A stretch of 64,000 bases of DNA, taken from NCBI RefSeq assembly GCF_009914755.1, contig NC_060935.1, one strand, 5' to 3'. Both the position numbers and the translations under genes were made by a program. This stretch comes from the human T2T-CHM13v2.0 reference genome, Homo sapiens. Below are positions 1 to 13,794 of this stretch, piece after piece (position 1 is the first letter of the stretch; each line of letters begins with the position of its first letter). The notes beneath the pieces were generated by a model. That model worked only from the letters and a program-made list of their open reading frames with translations. It did no database searches and was not told where the DNA came from.

Positions 1-3000
1 TTTTGATTTGCATTTCTGTAATTATCAGTGTTGTTGGGCTTTTTTTCATATATTTCCTGGCCACATGTATGTCTTGTTTTGAGAGGTGTCTCTTCATGTC
101 CTTTGGCCACTTTTCAATGGGGTTCTTTGCTTTTTCTTGTAGATTTTTTAAGTTCCTTGTAAAGTCTGGATATTACTCCTTTGTCAGATGAACAGATTGC
201 AAAATTTTTCTCCCATTCTGTAGGTTGTTTGATCACTGTGTTTGATAGTTTATTTTGCTGTCCAGAAGATCTTTAGTTTAATTAGATCCCATTTGTCAAT
301 TTTTGCTTTTGTTGAGATTGCTTTTGGCATCTTTGTCATGAAATCTTTGCCCATGCCTATGTCCTGAATGATACTGCCTAGTTTTCATCTAGGGTTTTTA
401 TAGTTTTGGGTTTTACATCTAAGTCTTTAATTCATCTTGAGTTAATTTTTGTATATGGTGTAAGGAAGGGGTCCAATTTCAATTTTCTGCATATGGCTAG
501 CCAGTTCTCCCAGCACTACTTATTAAGTAGGGAATCCTTTCCCCATTGCTTGTTTTTGCCTGGTTCATCAAAGATCAGATGGTTATTGGTATGTGGCTTT
601 AGTTTTGGGTTCTCTATTCTGTTCCATTGGTCTATGTGCCTGTTCTTTCACCAGTACCATGCTATTTTGGTTACTGTAGTCTTATAGTATAGTTTGAAGT
701 TGGGTAACATGATGCCTCCAGCTTTGTTTTGTTGTTGTTGTTCTTGTTTTGTTTCTTTGTTTGCTTAGGATTGCCATGGCTATCTGGCTATTCGGGCTCT
801 TTCTTGGTTCCTTATAATTTTTAAGATAGTTTTCTCTTTTTCTAATTCTGTGAAGAATGTCCATGGCAGTTTAATGAGAATAGCATTTAATCTCTAAATT
901 GCTTTAGTCAGTTCGGCCATTTTAAAAAAACTGATTCTTCCTATCTATGATCATGGAATGTTTTTCTACTTGTTTGTGTCATCTCTAATTTCTCTGAGCA
1001 AGCAGTCATTTGTAGTTCTCCTTGAAGAGGTCCTTCACATCCCTCGTTAGCTGTATTCATAGGTATTTTATTCTTTTATGTCTCTGCCAGGTTTGGATAT
1101 TAGGATGATGATGGCCTCATAGAACGAGTTAGGGAGGATTCCTTCCTTCTCAATTTTTTTGGAATAGTTTCAGTAGAAATGATAACAACTCTTTTTTGTA
1201 CATCTGGTACAATTCAGCTCTCAGCCTGTCTGGTCTTGGGATTTTTTTGGTTGGTAGGCAATTTATTACCACCTTAATTTCAGAACTCATTTTGGTCTAC
1301 TCAGGGATTTAGTTTCTTTCTTGTCCAGTCTTGGGAGGGTGTATGTATCTAGTAATTTATTCTTTTCTTCTAGATTTTCTTGTTACTTACATAAAAGTGT
1401 TTATAATAGTCTCTGATGACTTTTGGTATTTCTGTGAGGTCAGTAGTAATATGGCCATTATTGTTTCTGATTGTGTTTATATGAATCTTCTCTTCTTCTT
1501 TATTAGTCTAGCTTGCAGTCTATCTTAATTTTTTCAAAAAAAAAACCAGCACCTGGATTTGTTGGTTTTTTTGAAGAGTGTTTATGTCTCTGTCTTCTTT
1601 AACTCAGCTCTGATCTTTATTTCTTGTCTTCTGCTAGCTTTGGGGTTTCTTTGCTCTTGGTTCTCTAGTTTGTTTAGTTGTGATGTTAGGTTGTTAACTT
1701 GAGATCTTTCTAGCTTTTTAATGTGGGCTTTTATTGCAGTAAATTTCCCTCTTAACACTGTGGTAGCTGTGTCCCAGAGTTTCTGATGCATTGTATCTTT
1801 GTTTTTTATTATTTTCAAATAACTTCCTGATTTGTGCCTTAATATTGTTATTTACCCAAAAGTCATTCAGGAGCAGGTTGTTTGATTTTCATGTAGTTGT
1901 ATAATTTTGAGTGAATTTCTTAATCTTGAGTTCTAATTTGATTGCACTGTGGTCTAAGCAACTGTTTGTTATGATTTCAGTTCTTTTGCATTTTCTGAGG
2001 AGTCTTTTACTTCTGAATATGTGAACAGTTTTTTTAGTAAGTGCCATGTGGTGATGAGAAGAATGTATATTCTGTTCTTGGGTGCAGAGTTTGTAGATAT
2101 CTGTCGGATCCACTTGATCCAGAGCTGAGTTCAGGTCCTGAATAGTTTTGTAAATTTTCTGTCTCGATGATCTGTCTGATATTGGCAGTGGTGTGTTAGT
2201 CTCCCACTATTATTGTGTGGGAGTCTAAGTCTCTTTGAAGGTCTCTAATAATTTGCTTTATGAATCTGGGTGCTCCTGTATTGGGTGCATATATATTTAG
2301 GATAGTTAGTTCTTGTTGAATTGAACCCTTTACCATTTGTAATGCCCTTCTTTGTCTTTTCTGATCTTTCTTGGTTTAGTGTCTGTATTGTCAGAAACTA
2401 GAATTGCAACCCCTGCTTTTTTAGGTTTTCCATTTGCTTGGTAAATTTTCCTCTTTCTCTTTATTTTCGGCCTATGTGTGTCTTTGCATGTGAGATAGGT
2501 CTCTTGAAGACAGCATATGAATGGTTCGTGGTTCTTTATCCAACGTGCCACTCTGTGTCTTTTAATTGGGGCATTTAGCCCATTTACATTCAAGGTTATT
2601 GTTATGTGTGGATTTGATTCTGTCATCATGATGCTAGCTGGCTAGTTTACAGACTTGTTTATGTAGTTGCTTCATAGTGTCACTGTTCTATGTATTTCAG
2701 TGTGTTTTTGTAGTGGCTGGTAATGGTTTTTCTTTTCCGTGTTTAGTGCTTCCTTAGGAGCACTTGTAACACCGGTCTGGTGGTGACAGTTTCCCGCAGC
2801 ATTTGTGAAAAAGGACTTTATTTCTCCTTCACTTACAAAGCTTGGTTTTGCAAGATATGATATTCAGGGTTGAAATTTCTTTTCTTTAATAATATTGAAT
2901 ATTTGCCCTCAATCTCTTCTGGTTTGTAAGGTTTCCACTGAGAGGTCCACTGTTAATCTGTTGGGCTTCCCTTTTTTCATGACCTGACCTCTTTCTCTCT

Positions 3001-3030
3001 GGCATCCCTCAATATTTTTTCTTTTATTCC
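1..3030 (-). mobile_element. LINE-1 (older L1PA/L1PB-type), degenerate; ORF2 plus 3' part of ORF1; 5'-truncated; runs off the window start; internal ~0.7 kb deletion at ~1075
   Basis: Continuous reverse-complement L1 sequence. The ORF at 2330-2629(-), MMTESNPHITITLNVNGLNAPIKRHR..., is the ORF2p endonuclease N-terminus; ORFs 1582-1818 and 1889-2113 are further ORF2 fragments; many stops and frameshifts. Confidence 0.95.
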
Positions 3031-4149
3031 ATCAGTGAAATGTTTTTATAGTCAAATAATTTTGCAAAACATTTTTTTCATAATTCACAAAACAAATGCG
3101 TATTTTAAGTGTTCCTATAGTAAAGGAGAATCCTTTAATCTGATATGACACCAATTTTGATTGACTATAGTATACCCTAAACTCATTTTTATTCCAAAAA
3201 ATTTATTGATATCATTAGAATAGTACACATTTGTGGGACACTTAAGTTTGTAATTATAATAGCTGGGAGAAAGGGTTACAGCCAATAAATCCTGATTGTG
3301 GAATCAAGACAGCTTCACAGAGTTGGTGATTGGGCGTGGAAGAATGAAAGCAATATTTAAATAGGTTAATCTAAAACAGGAAGTACATATAAAAATTTGA
3401 AGAAAAAATTTTCAAGCTGTAAAAATTACATAAGCAAGCAGTTGAAACATTTCTGCAATAAGATGTAAATATGTACTTCTAGCTATTTTTGAAAGTAATG
3501 TAGTCTTCAAAGAAAAACATTAAAAACTGAGTACATGTGTGTTTTCAGTACCTGTGTGCACAGCACAGAAAATACAAATATATTTAAGGCTCATTTTTGG
3601 CATCAGAGAGGAAATAATAGTCTTTAAATAATATTACTACAATGGAATTATAGCTAAATTATTCCAATTAAAAAATTCCTTTCTGTATGGAGCTTAGAGT
3701 TTGTTTTTAAAACAAACAATTATAGAAATAAATGTGAAATTATGATACATAGTACAAAAGAAGTTACAACCTGTGATGATTGTAAGGGTTTTAAAGGAGG
3801 AGGTATTTGAATTGAGGGGTTGAAGGATGAGAAGCTGATGAGGTAAAGGTTATGAAATGAGGCATGACAAGCAGAGGGCACACAGGCCCAGTGGACCGTG
3901 AAACATGGGGTCTTCAAGGGTGGATAGAGTAATGGACAGTAGAGCTGGGACAATAGAGGATAGTGAGAGACATGGAGTCTCTGCAAACATAATACCCAAA
4001 TTGAGTAGTTGACAAGAAAAACAAATTTTATTTCTGAAATAGAAATACCAATATGTCAGTGGGATTTTGACAGACGAGATTGTTTCTTTGATTTATAATA
4101 ATGTGACGTGTATGTTTTTAGAATGGATAAAAATTGACAACATGAAAGT

Positions 4150-4500
4150 TCAGCTTAACTCAACAAGTATTCATTGAATCAGGTTCCAAAGGTAGGTAAA
4201 TGAATATGATACATTCCCTATTGATGAAGGAGATAGAAACATAAATATGTGCATGTATCTAAGATGCCTAAAAGGCCTTTTGAGTGGGAGGAAGTCTGAG
4301 CTGATACATAATGTATAAACATTCAGATCTTGAATCTGAGATCAGACGGGTGATTCAGATAGAAGGAATTGCATAAACAGACACGTGAGGCTTAAGCAAA
4401 TAATGTTGCCGAGAACCATAAGTACTTCGATGTTGTTGGAATGTAAAATGTGAGAAAGGAAGAAAAGGCAGAGAAAGCTAGAAAAAAAAAACATGAAATA
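4150..4500 (-). mobile_element. L2 remnant
   Basis: caacaagtattcattgaatc... resembles the antisense L2 3' end, followed by purine-rich L2-like sequence; highly diverged. Confidence 0.45.
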
Positions 4501-4567
4501 TATCACAATACGGCTCTGAAGCCAATACGGCTCATGAAGCCAAAGACTTAGAGTTCGTGCTATACTT

Positions 4568-4785
4568 CAGGGCTGTGCAAACTTCAGACAGTGAGCCAAA
4601 TCTGGCTTATTGCCATTATTTGGTGAGTAGGCATTGGAACTCAGCCAAAATTATTTATTTAATGTTATCTATGGCTGTTCCCACATTTCATTGTCAGAGC
4701 TGAGTAGTTGCAACAGAGTGTGTGTAGTACACAAAGGCAAAAATAAGTATCATGTAGCCTTTACAGAAAAAAAGTGCTGACCCTG
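4568..4785 (+). mobile_element. MER58A (hAT-Charlie non-autonomous DNA transposon)
   Basis: Termini cagggctgtgcaaac ... tgctgaccctg; internal gagtagttgcaacaga and cctttacagaaaaa match MER58A; 8-bp TSD ctatactt (4560-4567) / ctatacat (4786-4793). Confidence 0.88.
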
Positions 4786-4868
4786 CTATACATAATATGC
4801 CAAGCACAGTCTTCAAGTAAGTGAGTAACAGTTTTAGACTTTTTCAAACTAAAATACGTAGTCACCAC

Positions 4869-5140
4869 TTTTTTATTATTATTTCACTTTAAGTTCTGGG
4901 ACACATGTGCAGAATATGCAGGTTTGTTACTTAGGTATACACGTGCCATGGTGGTTTGCTGCACCTATCAACCTGTCATCTACATTAGGTATTTCTCCTA
5001 ATGCTATCCCTCCCCGAGCCCCCCACCCCCTGGCAGTCAGCAGTGTGTGATGTTCCTCTCCCTGTGCCCATATGTTCTCGTTGTTCAACTTCTACTTATA
5101 TAAGAGTGAGAACATGCGGTGTTTGGTTTTCTGTTCCTGA
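4869..5140 (-). mobile_element. L1PA 3' UTR fragment (~270 bp, severely 5'-truncated)
   Basis: tttaagttctgggacacatgtgcag...gtgagaacatgcggtgtttggttttctgttcctg; flanked by accacttt on both sides (probable TSD). Confidence 0.92.
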
Positions 5141-5189
5141 GGTACCACTTTGTAAGTATCTAATATATGTTAAACACCAGACTAGATGA

Positions 5190-5350
5190 TTTACTCACAT
5201 GAACTGCGTCTCAAAACCATTCTTCCTGGTAGATATCAAAATTCCCCATTTTACTGATAAATATAGAGATTAAGGAAGGTTAGGTGCCTTTCCAAGGCCC
5301 CATAATTTTGACATTTTTGAATCAAATTTAAACTCAGTTCTGTCGAACAC
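5190..5350 (-). mobile_element. MIR fragment
   Basis: ccccattttactgata...gattaaggaaggttaggtgcctttccaagg resembles the antisense MIR core. Confidence 0.55.
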
Positions 5351-5399
5351 AAAATACATTACTTTTTTACAGTCTGGTAGCATATTACAAAAATGAATA

Positions 5400-5880
5400 C
5401 TAGAATCAAATGAAGTCTAATTGTGAGGAATTTGTTGCAGAAATCCCACCAATTCATGATCTGTATCTAAATTAGGTAGAAGGGTAATAGAGAGAAATTC
5501 CAGAGTTTAGTATGGAAAATAAGTAGATCATCTAGAATGACTTCTTTATTCTTGACAGATTGGGTGACTAAGTCAGGGAAGCAACTTCCCACTTTCTGTT
5601 TTGGGTGGTTAGAAGAAAGATATATTCATTTCTAGATACAGGGAATCTAGGACAGCAAGCAGGCCCACAAGCAGGGTAGCATTGATGAGTGATGTTTTGT
5701 ACAGTGTGTATATTTTCAAATGTCTGAATTAGATCCATGTGAAGATAGACACCAGGGTGTTGCCTGCAAAAGGCTAAAACTCAGAGACATGGGATACAAG
5801 TTGGAGATTATTCAGCTTTAGCATAGAGTTAAGAAGTAGCAGAAGCTGACTTTTATACAATTTTAGGAATGAGTATAAAA
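5400..5880 (-). mobile_element. L2 remnant
   Basis: Purine-rich, L2-like phrases (gttttgggtggttagaagaaag, gttggagattattcagc); very diverged. Confidence 0.35.
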
Positions 5881-5919
5881 TATTTTATATATCTTATAGA
5901 AATCCATTAGATTTAGAAA

Positions 5920-6340
5920 GAGGCACTGGATTATGGTGCTTAAGAACACTAAGGGCCAGGCACGGTGGCTGACACCTGTAATCCCAGCGCTTTGGGAGGC
6001 CTAGGTGAGAGGAGGTTTGAGACCAACCTGGGCAACGTAGGAACATAGACTCCATCTCTACAAAATAAATAAACAAATAAATAAATAGAAAGAAAGCGAA
6101 AAAATAAAACTCTGTAAAAGCTGACAACCTGAGTTCAAATCTTACTTCTACTAATTTTCTATAACCTTATGCAAATTACTAGATTTACTTGTGCTTTGGA
6201 AACCTCTTCTATAAAATGTCTATTACTAACACTAAAAGCACTTACCTTGTAGGGTTGTTAGGAGGATTAAATGAGTTAATACATACAAAAGTTTTAAAAT
6301 AATACTTGTATATGGTAAGCACCATATAGATGTTTACCTG
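5920..6340 (+). mobile_element. MIR, interrupted by an Alu monomer
   Basis: tggtgcttaagaacact [Alu] ...cctgagttcaaatcttacttctact...gttgttaggaggattaaatgagttaatacatacaaaag...tggtaagcacc, a near full MIR body. Confidence 0.8.
5954..6109 (+). mobile_element. Free left Alu monomer (FLAM-like) with (TAAA)n tail
   Basis: ggccaggcacggtggctgacacctgtaatcccagc...ccatctctacaaaataaat; no right arm follows. Confidence 0.85.
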
Positions 6341-7309
6341 TATTTATTAATTTAAAAATATTTTTTACATTTCATATATTTAATTAGGATTTTTCAACAT
6401 AGTTTTCTCACTACCTCATATACCAATGTTTATTCTAAACTGAAAAGGGATGTATAAGGGTCTATAAAAGAGGGCTGACCTGAATCCAATATTTTCTTTA
6501 TACCTGTATATCAGCCATAAGCCTGGAGCATTGTGTGAGGTTAAAATGAATGAAGTGCTTTAAAGATATGTTTGCCACAATAGAGCTTCCTTACATGTCT
6601 ATGAGGAATATTATAACCAAGCATACTCTCACAGAGTTTAAACTCAAATCATGAACATTTAAATTAAGTTTTTCCTTATTTTGCCTATACCCATTTTTAT
6701 CTTTCATTGTCATTTTTGTTTGACAGAGTATGATGAGATAGAGTATTTTTATTTGGAAAGTCCTCAGCAAGACAAATTAGCCAAAAGCAATAATGGTTCA
6801 GATTAAACAGAGTGGAATTGATCTAATCCCCAGGCTCAACTAAGGAACAGTCACTATCTGGGTGTTTGATTTTAGACTATAGATAAGTTGAGATGTTGTA
6901 ATATTTATGGAGGAATTGGCTATGTCAGTTATGGGATGAAGACTAGTAGTACAAGTACCATCAGTAGTCATTCTTTTTTTTTTTTAACTTTTTACTAAAC
7001 TAATACAGTTAGATATTTCCACTCTATCATGATTATATTTTTTATGACAGAAAGAAAACAGTTCCATGTTTTTATAAATAGTCTCTGCAGAGATTTCAGA
7101 TGATGTTATTGGTATCTTGGTTTGGCAGTGTCCGAAAAATTGTGATTGCCTTTAAAGTGTTTGTGCTACTTTTAGTTAAGTAAACCCACACTGTGTAAGA
7201 CCCAGGCTGGTTCCAAGTAATATCAAGGTTTCTATGCACATAATAGTTTACAAAGAACTTAAGTTTAAAGACTATGGATTAAAAACAAACAACAACAACA
7301 ACAAAAGTG

Positions 7310-8185
7310 CTTTACAGAACCAAACAAACCCTCTCTTGATGGGAATGTCAAAAAGGACACATGAGTCAACTGGAAACTCTTAAAGGCCAAAGCTGGGACA
7401 ATTTGAGCAATCCAAAAAAATAGTATGAATTAATATCCAAAGTATAAAATAAATGTCCTTGAGTCCCTACTGATACAAATAAATAATTGAATAAGTAAAT
7501 GAGGGAGAAGGGAAAATCTCCTATGCAGAATTTCAAATAAATTATGTAGCTGTTCAACGCTTAAAGAAATACAACATAACTCTTCTGTGTGTTGTACATA
7601 GTGACTTTCTTCCCAAGAATAGAGTGTGGAGAAGGATGGGGTTGGGGAGAGAGAAAAAGAGGGGGAGAGAGAGAGAGAGAAACTTTACAGCCTATGTTCA
7701 GTGATCAAGGTCATCATCAACAGTGATAAATCATGCTGATACTATGTACGCCTAATATGATGCTTTGAGAATGGCACCTTAACTCCCAAAAACCCAAAAT
7801 TCATAAAATTAATTATTAAAACATCAGAAAATTTCAAGATACTCTACAGAAAATGTGATTAGTGCTCCAAGAAGCTTTCAAAATCATCAAAAACAATGAG
7901 TGGCTGAGAAACTGTCACAGACAAGAGGATCCTAAGGAGATGTGTTGAATAATGTAAAATGGGATCTTGAAAAAAAAGTAACATTAGAGAAAATTAGGGA
8001 AATCTGAATAAAGTATGAACTTTAATGAATATTAATCTATCAATATAGATTCACTAAGTTTTACAAATATACCTTAATATAAGGTATCGATAATACTAGA
8101 AACCAAGTGTGGGGTGTATGGGAATTGTATGTACTATCTTTTAAATTTTTCTGAAATCTAAACCTATTGTTAAAAAGCTTATAAA
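7310..8185 (+). mobile_element. L1MC4-like 3' end
   Basis: ccaaagctgggacaatttgagcaa, gtgatcaaggtcatcatcaacagtgataa, ctgagaaactgtcacagacaagagg and ttttctgaaatctaaacctattgttaaaa match the L1MC 3' UTR. Confidence 0.8.
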
Positions 8186-10099
8186 ACAAACTAAACAGCC
8201 AGTCATATGATTTAAAAGCAATCATGGGGACCCTGATTACAATTTAACATTCTCCTTCCTTACTAGCTTAGTATTCATATTAGTCTCTTCAGCTATGCAA
8301 CTAATTTGTTTTTCCTAAATAGCAAAAAGGAAAATTGAACATTAACCGTTTCGACGACTGTTTTACTGAACGTTTTTCATTATTTGCACAGTTTAGTTTA
8401 TATGTTAGTGTTTTTTTTTTTAACTTCTGAAATAAGATTTTTTTTTACTACGTATTTCCTATCCCCTTAATTCATTGTTGTAGTAGCCACCAAAATCTCG
8501 GAGTTTTCCAAAGTATTTTACATTATTCAGTGTATTTTCTGTTTAACAGAAATACATTATTCAAGTATTACATTACATTATTCAATATTATATTATTCAA
8601 ATATTTTCTGTTTAACAGAAAAATAAAGATAACTTAAGAATATTACTTGTAATTTGATTATTTAAAATGTCTAGAGAAGAGAAGAAAGCTATAAAGGGGA
8701 AATACTCACTAAAAACCGTATTCTAAAAATATTCCCAGAGATTTAAAACCCTGGAATCCCTTCGTAATAAATTATATTTATTTTGAGTCCCTAACTGTGT
8801 TTTCATGAATATTCACAATGTTATTAGCTTATTTATCTCCTTTTTGGGTCAAATGCATTTACTGACTGTAGTTGCATGCTTATGGTGACAGAGGCAATAC
8901 TTTAACACTACCTGCAGAGTCGCACATTATATGTTAACACTTCTAAAATATATTTCCTATACCAACTGTTCCAACTTTTGAACACATTGTTTCAGTAATT
9001 GCATGGTAGTATTGCCTGACAAACCAATACTCCCATTTTGTTTTAATTTATACAGAAGTGTCTTTACAATTAACTAAATACTTGTTACATTTTCCCACAT
9101 CATAAAATTAGGGGGAAAATAGAAAAATGAAATTACTGATTCTTGTAATACTATAATCACAATCATGAAAGTATTCTAAAGAGCAAAGCTGTGAATCTTG
9201 ATTTCTATTAGGTACTGATTAAATAAGTAGTATAGACAGTGTGGGAAGCATAAAAACACAAAAACATAAAAAAAAAAAAAACTTGATTCTGAGGAGAGTT
9301 TCCAAAGAGGGAGCTACTCTTGTGAGCATAAAAATTAAAACTTTTTTTTCCTGAATAAATGCAAAGAGAAGTTCATAGGGACATAACATGGTTAATAAAG
9401 GTAGATCATGGTATATCTTTCATGAAGAGAAGGAAGATAACGTTCAATTTTCTTCTCACCAAGATTTGAAAATATGTAGTAAAGCCATTTCTTGTTCATG
9501 TCGTGATGATTTTCCTGAACAATTTCTTACAAAAGCAAATCCTTTTAGTATTTCCTAAGCAATGACACTTTAAAATTAACTAAGAAAATTAAATTTGAGG
9601 TAAAATTCAAGATACAACATTTGCTACTTATATTTAATGTTTAATTTGTGTTTCTAATGCTTTAAAAATTAACATCTAAAAAACTTTTTAAAAAATCTAA
9701 AAGTATATGTCCTAATTTGAGTTTTTATCACTCTTTAATATCTACAGTAAAATAACTTTCTTTATAACACACATATCTCAAATTTCTCTTCAAATATTAT
9801 GCATTGAGGTATCATGTAAGACTTCCAGATTTTATTATGGATGAAAATGGGATCTACTTGTACTTGAAAAAGTAATGAATAAACAATACTCTGATTTTTT
9901 ATCTATAAAACTGAATCACTACAAAGGCTAGGGATAAGCCAGTGATGTGCCTAGCGAAGTATTAAGTGTATATAAATCATCTATTGTTAAAATTACTCAC
10001 TTTCTAAGTGTTTCCACTTTAAGTTCAAGAAAACTAACCATTGTTAGATCATGGGATGCATTTGAAGAGCTTTAAACACCTCACTACCACCTTTAGTGT

Positions 10100-10340
10100 A
10101 CACTCTAACCCCATAAAGAGCTCATTATTGTCTTACTTTTCTCTTATTCCTGTGGCCTTTATTTATAAATCTAGCTACTTTATTTCTGCTAACTTTACAT
10201 AATAGGTCCCTGTTGCTAAGACCTCACAGCATTTCACAATTACTTGATTACACTTAAAAGTTGTGCTTCATTCCACTGAGAGCACTTTGCAAACCCTAAC
10301 ACAGCAGCCTGGCACATATTGGGTAAATGAATGAATATAT
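10100..10340 (+). mobile_element. L2 3' end
   Basis: cctaacacagcagcctggcacatattgggtaaatgaatgaat, the typical L2 terminus. Confidence 0.6.
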
Positions 10341-11424
10341 GAATACATGAATACATGATTATTCCATTTAATACCAATTTGATATTGGCCTCCATGGTTC
10401 CACAGGTATCATCATGAAAATGTATAGCACCACTATATCTTGCCAAAAAGAATAAAGTTAATCCAAAAGAGTTGCCAAATTTACCCAGAGAAAAACACTT
10501 TTTAATTTCTTCTCTTTAAAACGTTATAACATCATAATGTTCTAATGGAGCAAGTTTTCTTTGGGACTGAATGTTAAATATTATGTTTTGGGAAGCAGAA
10601 TTAGTAATCTCTTAAAGTAGAGTACTCGGTCATTTCCATCCATGATTCTATGATCACACAACTTGATAGTGAAAATAACTTTGCCAATCCTGAGTGTGAA
10701 ATGCTACGTTTATGAAATATAAAACGCATTTAGGGCAATTAAATATATCAGCATTTTCTTTACTGAAAACTGATCAATGCAGAATATTTAGGAAATTACA
10801 TTTAGACAAGGCAAGGCTATGCAGACATACATTACATGATTTTGTTCAATGTCTCCATTTTTATCTCACCTAGCTCTAAAAGGTGGTTAGGCAGATATTA
10901 GCAGGTTGACTGAAAAATCAAGTACTCAGTGACCTTGTTTAATTTTTGTTCTTATGCTTCACATTTCAAAAATAATAAAAGCCTTAATTTTGTCATGAAA
11001 TGCAGCAATGGTGGCCGAGTAACGGTAAAAGAAATACAATGAGAAAGAAGAAATGAGCAGGTGAGATTTATTCTGTATTAAATGGCTACTGTCCTGGTCC
11101 TATCTACACAAGGAATAGCAATTTCATGCTATTGTTCATACAATGCATGGAAGCAGACTTTGTCAAAAGGCAGAGAGTGGGGGTGCATGGAGGATAAGGC
11201 TTCAATAAGATTTGCTGTAATTCTCCCCTTTGATTACCTCCCCCAAAATGAGTATCAAAATGTTCTACCTTCCATCTTGGCAGAAAGGGAAGAAGACATA
11301 GGGCAGGTGGTTTTTGTAACTACTAGCAGCAATGATGACAGGAAAATAAAAGTTTTCATTACTGAGAATGAAGTGAAATATCTATTTAAGAACCATCTTA
11401 TTTTCTTAAAATATGTCCATTAAT

Positions 11425-11700
11425 TTATACATTCATTTATTGTACAAGCATTTTTAAACACAATACCTATGTGCTGATTCACTGAAGGGCATATGGAAAT
11501 CAAAAGCAAAGTCTTGTTCTTCTTCTTCAGTAGATACAAATAGAAATCAGCCAAACAACAGATAAAGAATGCAAATGAGCTTCATAAGGAAATAGGGACT
11601 AGAGTAAAGTGTAAAGTGGAAGAGATGGAACCTGAGAAATCATCTCAGAAAGCTGAGTTTGGAGAAAAGTCCTAGGAAAAAAGTAGTTATTTTTGAATAC
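11425..11700 (-). mobile_element. L2 3' remnant
   Basis: cattcatttattgtacaagcatttttaaacac...tatgtgctg, an antisense L2 tail. Confidence 0.5.
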
Positions 11701-13794
11701 TATGAGTAAGAGATTATTGATATAACCATCTATTTTTTCAATAGGTAATAGAATACAAGCTGGTCTTGTAGAATATGAAGAGAAGAGTTCATTAGTTTTG
11801 GGATTCTGACTTATTCCCAAATATCCAGATGTTTTTCAAAGTGATATAAATATTAGATATATTTAATGGAACAAAATAAAAATAATTTTATGTATGAAAG
11901 TGAAGCATTCTGAATTTGAATTCAGATGATCAAATTGTATATGTGTTATCCTATTCTGTTTAAAAAATGAAGTCATAGTTCCTATATATTTTTAAAATAT
12001 TATCTCCAATAGAAATAAATAGAAAATGTTTAATTTTCATTTTTATTTTGATCTTTCCTATAATAAACCTGTACTGCTTTCAACTAAGAAAATAATTTTT
12101 TAAAACTCTACATTTAGAATTGTTCTCTGACTATCACAAAGTCTGTTAGAGTAACTATGAAGATGATTCATAGATTCTGCTGCCTTTGGCTCTTCTTTCT
12201 CTTTGACTTGGCCTTTAACATTGCTTTATTCATATTGAGCTATTTTACTCCTAATTTCTTCATACAGTTATGTCTGATTCTACTGTGAAAAAGCATTCCA
12301 AATTGCTTAATACCAATTAATTTGTGACATTAACAAGAGGCCAAGGAACCCAGTCACAGTCCTTATTTATTTACTGCATTTTTGTGAGTTTTTGTTAATC
12401 AGTGAGTATATTTAAGTTATATAGTTATTAATAGAGATAACTCTCCTTATTAGACAAAAGCTCACAAAAACTACCTTATCAAGAAGAAGATATTATGCAA
12501 ATGCAGGTGGAATAAATCTAATTTTCCATTTTTATGCACAAGTTATTTGCAGCCCCAGTTTATTGTAAATGTTGCAGCACCTACCTAACCATATTTTTAA
12601 GGTACATATTTCATATGGGTAGCAAGGGGCTAATAATAATGAAAAATTTGGACATATGAAGTATTCTTTTCTGTTACTAGCCTTGTCACCAACCGAACAC
12701 ACAGCCTTGTTTGTAGCTCACTTTCCCATTTTCAACCTATTGGCAATAAAATATCAGGTGTTAAAAAATGAATAAAATGTTGTAAAGTACTTCAGTGGAT
12801 AATGTTTCATATATTTAATAATGGCAGGCTTATTAGTATCACTAGACATAGGATTAAAATGTAATTATTATCATAATCAGTTTTGTTATAATATTTAGAT
12901 TCTTTTTCTAATTGAAAACTAGATGCATACTAACTCATTCTCCTGACATTTTGCTGTCTTCAACAATAAATATTTCAAAATTGGATCATATTCACTCCAG
13001 CAGCATTTAAGCACTACTTATCAATATTTTTCAGGATACTTACATATATGAAAGCCCATTCTTGTGTCTTTATATCCAAGATGTTTGATGTTAGCATTTG
13101 AGTTAATTCAGGAATCCTCCAGAAGATCCATCTGTTTCCTATTCAGTGTTGAAATATTGGTTTGAAAAGCTGTTTACTAAGGATAAAAGTAGGAATCATC
13201 TCTCCAGGAAAGAAGAAATACTCTCATTTATTTTTGTTTGTGAGATAGCCTCTAGAAAGGATCTAATTAATGAAGTATATAAGGATGAAGTGTGTTGAAA
13301 CTTTCTTTCCCTTTTAAAATAAAGATACTTCGATACACTGAGGGAATGTATAAACGTCGCATGAAGATGTATAGGATGTTTTAATAGGACACAGGAAGAA
13401 TTTTTCTTCTATATAATAAATGAAAATGTCAACTTCAAGCACTAGCTCTATAACTCTTACTTTAAAATCCTTTAAAAATGTTAATGATTGCGTATTTATA
13501 ATCTTTGAGTTTTGATTTTTAAGTTTTAATTTCCTGAGTGTTTTTTATAAAACCAAATACATATCAAAGGTATTTGGGGTTTTTTTTTTTTTTTTTGCTT
13601 GTTTTATGACAGTGTGCTTGCTTTCTAATCAAGATTAAAACAAGCCATACTGATGCAGATTAAATTATCTAGAGGTTGAGTTTTGTTAAGTTTCTTTCAC
13701 TTCTTACATGGACTGAAGTGATATATATCTTCCTGTCAAATGATCTTTATATCTTGATAATGTTTTCATTGCATAAATGTTTCTATGAATAGTA

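Noticed and set aside
11082-11423. 113-aa ATG-initiated ORF (also 16421-16771, 34501-34887)
   Set aside because: Length expected by chance; no similarity to families I recognise; the last overlaps L2/MIR.
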